From Octopus vulgaris (taxonomy: Eukaryota): a stretch of 64,000 bases of DNA. Positions 54,389 to 64,000 of this stretch are shown in pieces; position 1 is the stretch's first letter, and the number at the start of each line of letters is the position of its first letter. The stretch covers positions 12,710,001 to 12,774,000 of the forward strand of contig OX597836.1 in assembly GCA_951406725.2 (NCBI GenBank). Direction: 5' to 3'. Made by a program: the position numbers and the translations under genes. Under the pieces are notes generated by a model that ran no database searches, was not told where the DNA came from, and was given only the letters and a program-made list of their open reading frames with translations.

Positions 54389-54435
54389 CAGTAATCCCTT
54401 GCTATATCATAGTTCACCTATCGTGCACTCAGTAC
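54389..54435 (+). mobile_element. Tigger-like TIR
   Basis: TA + cagtaatcccttgctatatcatagttcacctatcg, resembling CAGTnnTCCCTCGCTATATCGCGGTTCA. Confidence 0.45.
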
Positions 54436-55231
54436 ATTTTGAGCATGATTCTTGGTCAGATAGAGAGAAAATGTCCAGAGAAGAGAAAAAGGAGAAAGGA
54501 GCAGATAAGAACATGTCACAGAGCCAAAAAAAAATAACTCAGGTCATGCCTAGAACCAGCCGTGAGTCAAATCCACAATCTAAATTGGATTTGGTGCTTG
54601 CATATCTACAGTATCCTACCAACACATGATATGTTGAATCTTATGTTATTGTGCCTAGCCATTTCTGGCAACCTACATGTTGATGTGCCTTGGTTCTACT
54701 GAATCCTATAACTGCCAGCCAGCCAGCCAGAAATAGATAGACAGACAGAAATAGAGAGATGGATGGATGGATGGATGGACGGACGGACAGATATACAATG
54801 CACTTCTTTCAGTTTCTATTTCCCTAATCCACTCATGAGGCTTTTGTCAGCCAGGGTTATAGTAGAAGACACTTGCCCCCGGTGACACATAGTGGAACTG
54901 AAACCAAGACTATGTGGCTGGAAAACAATGTTCTTACCACACAGCCATGCCTGCACGTGGACATCACAACAGGATAGATCACTCATATGTAAAACAAGGC
55001 ATATGCATGGCAGGGAATGGAACAAAATGCATTTTGAGTACAAAATCATAGAGTAACACAGGTACTTTATGACAGTGTATCTTCAAGGGACCTTTTCTGA
55101 TTGGTTGCCACTTTTCAATTTCTTCAGGTTTTGTTCCAATTGATTTCATATTGGGTGTTTTGGTGTAGTTTTGTATGGTAATCATTTACATGAAATTCAT
55201 TTTCACCAGAAATCAGTAAATAAGGAGTTAA

Positions 55232-55498
55232 TATGGTTCCAGGTTCAGTGTGTATCAGATCAGGCTTGAGATGGGAACAATGATTTCCCTTCACAAATAC
55301 TGATCGAGTACAGACAGTGTGTCATTAGCCAGGTGGAGGAGATGTCTTCCTGTGGCTATAAACAACAGTAGCATCGTCCTCTATGGGACAGCCACTGCGT
55401 TGCACCTTGGGCAAGTGTTGTCTACTATAGCCTCGGGCCGACCAAAGCCTTGTGAGTGGATTTGGTAGACAGAAACTGAAAGAAGCTTATCATATATA

Positions 55499-55573
<75 letters not shown>

Positions 55574-55790
55574 ATGTATGTATATGTGTGTATATATTTG
55601 TGTGTCTGTGTTTGTCCCCCCAACATAGTTTGACAACCGATGCTGGTGTGTTTATGTCCCCGTAACTCAGCAGTTCGGCAAAAGAGACCGATAGAATAAG
55701 TACTAGGCTTACAAAGAATAAGTCCTGGGGTCGATTTGTTTGACAAAAGGTGGTGCTCCAGCATGGCCACAGTCAAATGACTGAAACAAA
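55232..55790 (+). mobile_element. SINE family B interrupted by a 148-bp locally copied insert
   Basis: ggttcag|insert|ccactgcg; insert matches 53451-53598. Confidence 0.85.
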
Positions 55791-56040
55791 TAATAGAGCT
55801 TTTAAAGTTTGCAAATTTTGGGTAATTTTAGCCAATACGTCCAAGTTTTAATTTTTCACTACTTTTTAACATTTCCACGGGTACAACCTAATAGAAAAAA
55901 GTCCTCTTCAAGTACTGAAATAGGTGTGTATTGAATAGAGAAACATGCTACATTGTGGTAACTGAAAGAAGTTATATTGTGGATATATATTTAAAAGAGG
56001 GTTCATTCTTATCTTGTTTTGTTTTGTCTTTTTTTTATAG

Positions 56041-56116
56041 CTGTTATTGAAACGAGATACATGGTACATTAATAAGAACATGCAGAATTGTCTGTATGAA
56101 TCCTATATCCTTTTCT
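56041..56116 (+). other. Candidate exon (second candidate 56253-56332)
   Basis: gtcttttttttatag| acceptor and TCT|GTAAGT donor; frame 0 open (LLLKRDTWYINKNMQNCLYESYILF), not recognised. Confidence 0.3.
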
Positions 56117-56986
56117 GTAAGTATCGGAGAAACAAAATAGTGGAGGGGTATTTTGCAGGGTATTCGAAACAGGGTGTATTGTGGGTATTGAAGAAGGATG
56201 TATAGAGAACATTATATAACAATTCTTCATATTGTTGGTCTGTCCTTTTCAGTAAAAAATATGACACAAAAAAAAATAATAAAAACAGAAAAAAAGAAAA
56301 GAGAAAGCAGCAGAAGAAATGAAATGTAGAAAGTAAGTTTCAGAAATTCTTCTGTGACGGTCTTGGAAGGAAGGACAATACGTGGGTAGAGCCAACTGAC
56401 AGATTAACTGGTCGACATGGAAACAATATAGAAAAGGAGAAACCTGTTGGAGTTGCGGTGGTCGTTGTCAGGATGAACAAAAGACGGAACAAAAAGACAA
56501 CAGATTCTATTCACAGAAACCAGCAACGTACATACATATACACACACACACATATATATATATACACACACAGATATATATATACACACACACATATATA
56601 TATACACACACACGCATATATACACACATGCATATACACACACACACACACATATATATACACACACGCACGCACACATATATATACACACACACGCACA
56701 CACACATATATATATATATACACACACACATATATATATGTATATACACATACGCACACACACATATATATACACACGCACACACACATATATACACACA
56801 CGCACACACATATATATATATACACACACGCACACACACATCTACACACACGCACACACATATATATATATACACACACATATATACACACACACACATA
56901 TATACACACACAAGCACACACATATATATACACACACACGCACACACATATATATACACACACATGCACACACACATATACACACA

Positions 56987-57051
<65 letters not shown>

Positions 57052-57535
57052 GTATATATACTCTTCTATTAATGTTACTGCAAGCTTTTGTCAAACACAT
57101 CCATTCACAGCAATATATAATATATATCATCATCATCGTATATATATATATATATATATATAGGATAAGCATGTTTACATCCAACAATTTATATACATAC
57201 TTTATTTATATGTGTATACATACATATATTGATATATATTTAGTTTTATATTTATATATATATATAAACACGCACACATATATATTTTTCTTTTGTATTC
57301 CTTGTCATTAGTTTTGCATATTTTTTTATGTTTACATTTTTTTTGTTTCAGTTGCATGTATTCCACCATTTTCGTCTTAGTTGTAGTTTTCTTCTGTTTT
57401 TTTTTACTTTGCATTACTTTCTGTCATCTTCTCTTTTTTTTTCTCTCTCTCTCTCTCTCTCTCTCTGTATATATATGTGTTTGTGTGTATATATTCATAT
57501 GTGTACATACATGTCTATTTGTTTGTATGGATGGA

Positions 57536-57536
57536 T

Positions 57537-57609
<73 letters not shown>

Positions 57610-57682
57610 GATAGATAGATAGATATAGATAGAGATAGATATAGATAGAGAGAGATAGAGATAGAGATAGATAGATAGATAG

Positions 57683-57738
<56 letters not shown>

Positions 57739-57945
57739 GGATAGAGGTAGATAGATAGATATAGATAGATAAATAGATATAGATAGATAGATATAGATAG
57801 ATAAATAGATATAGATAGATAGATATAGATAGATAGATAGATAGATAGATAGAGACAGATATAGATATATATAGATAGATATAGATAGATATAGACAGAT
57901 ATAGATAGATATAGATAGATAGCTATAGATAGATAGATAGATAAA
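57536..57945. repeat. (GATA)n array
   Basis: Directly visible. Confidence 0.95.
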
Positions 57946-57994
57946 GAGAAATAAATAGCTGGCTAGATGGATGGATAGATACAGGATGTGCTCT

Positions 57995-58760
57995 AAACAA
58001 AACTAGACAATGCTCTAAGTGCCAGACTCTTCAAGAGCACTGTCCTACCGGCCCTCTTATGTGCAAGTGAAATGTGGGCAACTATGAAGAGGATAGAACA
58101 TGGATTCGTTAGGATGCAAAAGACCATGGAAAGATTCATGCCAGGAATATCATTACAACAGCAAATTTGAAACAAGATAATTTGCGGGCAGAATGAAGTA
58201 AACGATGGGACCACAGAATACCGAAAGCACGACTTCCATTGGGCTAGACATGATGGAAGCACTCCCTCGGTTACGACGACGAGGGTTCCGGTTGATCCGA
58301 ATCAACGGAACAGCCTGCTCGTGAAATTAACGTGTAAGTAGCTGAGCACTCCACAGACACGTGTACCCTTAACGTAGTTCTCGGGGATATTCAGCGTGAC
58401 ACAGAGAGTGACAAGGCCGGCCCTTTGAAATACAGGTACAACAGAAACAGGAAGTAAGAGTGAGAGAAAGTTGTGGTGAAAGAGTACAGCAGGGATCACC
58501 GGAGCCTCGTGGAGCTTTTAGGTGTTTTCGCTCAATAAACACTCACAACGCCCGGTCTGGGAATCGAAACCGCGATCCTATGACCGCGAGTCCGCTGCCC
58601 TAACCACTGGGCCATTGCGCCTCCACTGGGCTAGACATAACAAGGGGCTAGACATGTCACAGGGCTCACAAGCAACAGGTGAAACCATGCAGTTGCCGAA
58701 TGGTACCCAAGAGATCAGAAATGGCCACTTGGACGGTCTCTATGATGATGGGGAGATGAG
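57995..58760 (+). pseudogene. RTE-clade LINE ORF2 C-terminal fragment (second family), split by a SINE
   Basis: ARLFKSTVLPALLCASEMWA...MERFMPGISL...HWARH | VTGLTSNR*NHAVAEWYPRDQKWPLGR, matching the RTE WAGHV...W...W.P...R..GRP signature. Confidence 0.85.
58252..58626 (-). mobile_element. SINE family D, full length, with TSD
   Basis: A box tggcccagtgg, B box gtttcgattcc; TSD tgggctagacat at 58240-58251 and 58627-58638. Confidence 0.9.
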
Positions 58761-58898
58761 TGGTCAAGCGATTTGGGTCAAGATGGCAAAGAATGACACA
58801 ATCAAGACAGTACTGGATGAGCATTATGACCAGTGGTTTGCAATAACATCTGATGGTCTGGTCAAGACTGTGTTACTATATATGTCATATAAACAGGG

Positions 58899-58970
58899 GT
58901 CTCTTAGCTTAATGGTAGAGAGGGCTCAGCTGGAATTTGAGAGGTGCAGGGTCTGATTCCTTGTGGAGGC
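58899..58970 (+). pseudogene. Degenerate tRNA-like sequence (tRNA pseudogene or old SINE head)
   Basis: gtctct/ggaggc acceptor pairing, tagcttaatggtagag D arm, ctcag-ctggaat-ttgag arm, mutated T loop tctgatt. Confidence 0.35.
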
Positions 58971-59391
58971 TTTGCTGGCCCTTTTTGCCCCATCTTCGAA
59001 AGACTATTTACCCTACTTCCTAAACTGCCTTCCCAACCTGTAGAATACCAATACACTCACCACTTGCAAGTTTGCTTACTGTGTGTATGTGTGTGTGTGT
59101 GTGTGTGTGTACTACCTGGAGCAACATGAAATAAAGTGTCTTGCTCAAGAACACAACACACAGCCCAATCTGGGAATCAAACTTGCTACCTCATAATACA
59201 TACATGTATGTATGTATACGCACTTACATATATATACATACATATACATATACATACATATACATACATATACATACATACATACATACTTATACATACA
59301 TACATATACATACATATACATACATACATTCACATACATACATTCACATACATACATACATACATATACATACATACATATACATACATAC

Positions 59392-59441
<50 letters not shown>

Positions 59442-60818
59442 ATGCACGTATGTATGTATGTATACATGTAAGAATATGTCAAAAAATGGCATGTAATAGA
59501 TACAGAAAATAAACACTCTGACCAAACTCATCACCTGAAGTCTTATGTTGAATGAAAGGAATCAGAGTTCTGGCAAATAAGGCAAATGATGAAAAAATCT
59601 TGGGGACTTTCTTTCACCTTAAAAAGGAAAAGATTCATAATTGATGCGGGCATGGCTGTGTGGTTAAGATGCTTGATTCCCAACTAATAAGTCTTGGGTT
59701 CAATCTTACAGGGTCACACAGTAAGCAACTATCTTCTACAATAGCTTCAAGTTGACCAAAGTTTTCTGAGTGGATTCGGTAGGTGGAAAGTGAAAGAGGC
59801 TGTGTGTGTGTGTGTGTGTGTGTTAGTGTTGTGTTTGTCCCCCACCATTGTTGGACAACTGGAGTTAGTTTGCACATGTCCCTTTTCTCTTAGCAAAAGG
59901 GACTAACAGAATAATCACCAGACCTTAAAAACAAGTATTAAGGTTGATTAGAATAAGTACTGAGGTTTCAGCATGGCCGCAGTCCAATGACTTAGGCAAG
60001 CAGAAGAGTTAAAATATATTTTAAAAAAGTGTCGCTGTATATCGGGGATCTCGTGAGACGTTTGCGATTTGCTTAAATGTAAAAATAAGGAATTCCTGTG
60101 AAGGAAACTTAGACAAAACATAAATCTCCCTTTTTTAACTCGTGTATATCCTCATGGGAGTGTGTCACCATTGATATAAACATCATTTGAATTGCTAAAA
60201 GATACACAAAAAATTTAAGGTCTTTTTCAACAATAATAGGGGTTTCTTATTTTATATTTTATTTTCTTTGTGTCAAATATAGAATAGGGAAAAGTATGAT
60301 ACTCAAGAGAAAACCGTTACAGAAGCAAGTCTTGTAACCAACCATTAAAAAAATAATAATATGTAAATTGTTTCTGTTCCATGAAACCAAACCTAATCCA
60401 TATTCCACATTCGACTTATTCCTGTGCTTAAAAGTACAACAAACAGTAAATCTTTGGCATCGTTCCCATGTTGGGATGAAAATTCCAATGGTTGTTATGG
60501 TAAATAACAACAAGAAGCACAGTGTTTCAATCCAAGAAATGGTTTGTCATGCTCCGCAAATACTGTTGAGACAGCGAATCTTAGATTGCTCCAAATAAGC
60601 AAGCACATGTTCTGTAAAGAGCCTATTTCATTCATAACATTTGGTTTCACCCAAGGAACTTGCTAAAGATGTCACGTAGGAGTACCAAAATTTGAACTAT
60701 AGAATTGTGAAGTGAAATTCTTCACTAGTCAGCCATACTTGTCTGTGACTATACATACACACACACACGTTTACAGACAGACAGACATTTTCAGTTTTAG
60801 ATATATATATATATATAT

Positions 60819-61195
60819 ATTTCTTTACTACCCACAAGGGGCTAAACATAGAGGGGACAAACAAGGAAAGACAAAGGTATTAAGTCGATTACATCGACTC
60901 CAGTGCGTAACTGGTACTTAATTTATCGACCCCGAAAGGATGAAAGGTAAAGTCGACCTCGGCGGAATTTGAACTCAGAACGTAGCGGCAGACGAAATAC
61001 GGCTACACATTTCACAGCAGAAAATTGGCATATCGGTTCTATTCTAGCAAAAACTGTCCGACGAACAGGAACGTAAAACTCAGAGTAACAGGTTTTGTTG
61101 AATTTTCTGCTGCCTTTAAATAAAGCATATTACTCTACCCCTGGTATTTGAGTAGTCTTTTTTCCACCTTGTTTCACATTTATGTGTTTACTCCC

Positions 61196-61235
<40 letters not shown>

Positions 61236-61462
61236 CTTTACTACCCACAAGGGGCTAAAGACAGAGGGGACAAACAAGGACAGACAAAGGGATTAAGTCG
61301 ATTACATCGACCCCAGTGCGTAACTGGTACTTTATTTATCGACCCCGAAAGGATGAAAGGCAAAGTCGACCTCAGCGGAATTTGAACTCAGAACGTAACG
61401 ACAGACGAAATACCGCTTAGCATTTCACCCGGCGTGCTAACATTTCTGCCAGCTCGCCGCCT
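60819..61462 (-). mobile_element. Two SINE family A copies (60819-61012, 61231-61462)
   Basis: Family-A motifs. Confidence 0.85.
61015..61196 (+). mobile_element. PLE-like short element with degenerate hammerhead (61054-61091)
   Basis: ctgt-CCGACGA-ac(aggaac)gt-aAAAC-tcaga-GTA-acag; ends in (TA)n. Confidence 0.55.
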
Positions 61463-61795
61463 TTTAGCTCGCTGCTGTGTATAATATAATATATATGTGT
61501 GTGTGTGTATAATATATATTATGTGTGTGTGTATAATATTTATATTTCATATATATGTATGTGTGTATATAATATATATTATGTGTGTGTGTGTATAATA
61601 TTTATATTTTATATATGTGTGTGTATAATATATATATATTGGCACAGGAGTGGCCGTGTGGTAAGAAGCTTTCTTCTCAATCAATGCTAAGTTACAGGGA
61701 TATAAACACACCAACATCGGTTGTCAAGCGATGGTGAGATGACAAGCACATACATACATACATATATATATATAGGTGATCCCCACGCCAACCCA

Positions 61796-61829
<34 letters not shown>

Positions 61830-61834
<5 letters not shown>

Positions 61835-62000
61835 AGCACACATACACAACAGAAAACACATAGGTGCAAAACAAGGTAGAAAAAGCAGTACTCGAATACA
61901 AAAGACAGAATAGAATAGCATTTTATTAAAGCCAAAAAGAACAACCTATGCAAACTGTTACTGAGAGTTTCACATGTACCTGTTCATCAAACAGGTGTGA
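61830..62000 (-). mobile_element. Related PLE-like element with hammerhead motif (61955-61994)
   Basis: Minus strand ctgt-tTGATGA-ac...gt-GAAAC-tctca-GTA-acag; 3' part similar to 61100-61190. Confidence 0.55.
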
Positions 62001-62234
62001 TAAAACAGGTGTGATATATATATATATATATAATATATAAATTTTGCTACTATTCTGGATTATCTCGACTGCCTGTTGAATGGGTGTGTGATACTCTTAG
62101 TAACAGTTAGGAGAAGTTTTTACGGGTTTGATAAAATAGTATTTTTTTTTTTTAATGCTGGTTTCAGTCATTAGACTGTGGCCAAGCTGGAGCACTGCCT
62201 CGAACAATTTTAGTTGAACAAATACACATCAGTA

Positions 62235-62618
62235 CTATTTTACTTGTTTCAGTCATTTGACTGCGGCCATGCTGGAGCACTGCCTTTAGTTGAATACATT
62301 GACCTCAGGACTTATTCTTTGTAAGCCTAGTGCTTTTTCTATCAGTCTCTTTTTCCGAACTGCTAAGTTACAGGGATATAAACACACCAACATCGGTTGT
62401 CAAGCGATGGTGAGATGACAAGCACATACATACATACATATATATATATATATACAACAGGCTTCTTTCAGTTTCTGTCTACCAAATCCACTCACAAGGC
62501 TTTGGTCGACCTGAAGATATAGTAGAAGACACTTGCCCAAGGAGCCATGCAATGAGACTGAATCCAGAACTAGGTGATTGAGAAGAAAGCTTCTTACCAC
62601 ACGGCCAATCCTGTGCCA
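62235..62618 (-). mobile_element. SINE family B
   Basis: Full-length family-B structure. Confidence 0.85.
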
Positions 62619-62918
62619 ATATATATATATTATACACACACATATATAAAATATAAATATTATACACACACACACATAATATATATTATATACACACATA
62701 CATATATATGAAATATAAATATTATACACACACACATAATATATATTATACACACACACACATATATATTATATTATACACACACATAATATATATTATA
62801 TTATACACACATATATATATAATATATATTATACATACACTCATAATATTATACACACATGTATATATTATATTATGCACTCACACACATATATATATAT
62901 ATATATATATACAAACAC

Positions 62919-62950
<32 letters not shown>

Positions 62951-63112
62951 ATATAAGAGAATGGTCACTATGTGGCTCATATAGTATCTAATTCTCTCAC
63001 CCTTATTAATTAAATATATATATATATATATATTATACACACACATATATACATAATATATATTATATACACACATATATATGAAATATATATTATATTA
63101 TACACACACACA

Positions 63113-63156
<44 letters not shown>

Positions 63157-63169
63157 TTTATAGAAAGAG

Positions 63170-63420
63170 AGGGGGGACACGTGGCGGGGGAGAGTCAGAG
63201 AGGTATTTAAGGCAAGATAAAAAGAGGCCGAGCCGATAAAAGTCATTGTGCGACTGACCAAACGGATCTGCGAACAGGGCTGACAAGTAAAAGGCTGGTT
63301 AGAACAACTTTGCCAGCACGGAAGTTGGTTTTTCTGAAACATGGGAGTAAAACAATTCATTGTGTAAATAGCCATTGTGTTCGTGTGGGTTATTTTAACC
63401 ACAATGTTGTTGTGTGGAGA
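63170..63420 (+). promoter_or_regulatory. Candidate promoter or enhancer
   Basis: GC-richer unique DNA with CACGTG, GGCGGGGG, TATTTAA (63204), GATAA x2, CGGAAGT and several CATTGT/AACAAT motifs. Confidence 0.3.
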
Positions 63421-63462
63421 GTAGGGGCTTAAATGAAAGAAAAACCCGGCAACAATGATCTC

Positions 63463-64000
63463 TAGTGTTGTTAACTAAAGCCTGGCTTACACGTTTTTTT
63501 TTAGAGGGCCGACGCGGTGATGGTGGGGAAGAGAAAAAGTACGATCAATTATATCGACCAGAGTGGGTTTTATACGGGGGGGGGAAATGTGAAAAGGAGT
63601 AATGTTGATTGGGAAATTATAAATAGATGTTGTTTGCGTGGCTTAAGAAAAAGTAAAAAAATAATGACCGCGGATGTTTATATCAGGAAAGTGCTGGTTA
63701 AGAAAATTATGCTTTGCCGAGGAGGTTTAAATAAGGCAGAAACATGTCAGAAATTCCACCTTCCTATGGAATAGCAATGATGATTCAGGAATCAACAACT
63801 GATGTTGTCTGCATTGCTAAACAAAATAACAACTTTAGTGTTAACTAAAGCCTGGCTTACACGTTTTTTTAGAGGGCCGACGCAGTGATGGTGGGGAAGA
63901 GAAAAGTACGATCAATTATATCGACCAGAATGGGTTTTATACAGAATTGAAGATACAGCCACCTACGGGAAATATGCAAAGGAGTAATGTTGATTGGGAA
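63463..64000. repeat. Diverged direct repeat, period about 375-385 bp, running off the window
   Basis: 63463-63574 matches 63837-63941; aaaggagtaatgttgattgggaa at 63593 and 63978. Confidence 0.85.

Noticed and set aside
56105-56114. ATATCCTTT U12-type donor (also 46317) and ttccttaat branch-like motif near 52777
   Set aside because: One or two such matches are expected by chance in AT-rich DNA, and no paired U12 donor and acceptor is supported.
56430-56475. Possible minus-strand hammerhead (cctgacaacgacc...cagg)
   Set aside because: Both CUGANGA and GAAA are broken and no convincing stem II exists.
63776-63805. ATGATGA...CTGA C/D-box-like pair
   Set aside because: Boxes are only about 15 nt apart, too short for a snoRNA.

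Overview
AT-rich, repeat-saturated eukaryotic DNA, almost certainly octopus (coleoid cephalopod) intronic or intergenic sequence, inferred from the tRNA-derived SINE families, RTE LINE 3' ends and the very large (TA)n/(CA)n/(GATA)n/(GAT)n microsatellite load. No intact protein-coding gene is visible, and almost all supplied ORFs are microsatellite or SINE read-throughs. Recognisable content: several tRNA-SINE families (labelled A, B, D-G here as working names), many RTE LINE 3' ends, decayed mariner, DD37D/maT-like, Tigger and hAT transposons, an internally deleted Gypsy element, two non-autonomous Helitrons and a few weak exon candidates. The most interesting signal is about 9-10 minimal type-I hammerhead-ribozyme motifs of the Penelope-like element (PLE) kind in short elements usually set in (TA)n. 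These include one fully canonical hammerhead (13768-13858), a 124-bp near-perfect palindrome whose inversion point lies inside a hammerhead stem (14363-14617), and a tRNA-headed SINE whose 3' half carries a hammerhead (31059-31310, second copy 54160-54360). The window also shows SINE trimers inserted as single units and several locally templated insertions or inversions. Boundaries of degenerate repeats are approximate, and family names were not checked against any database.
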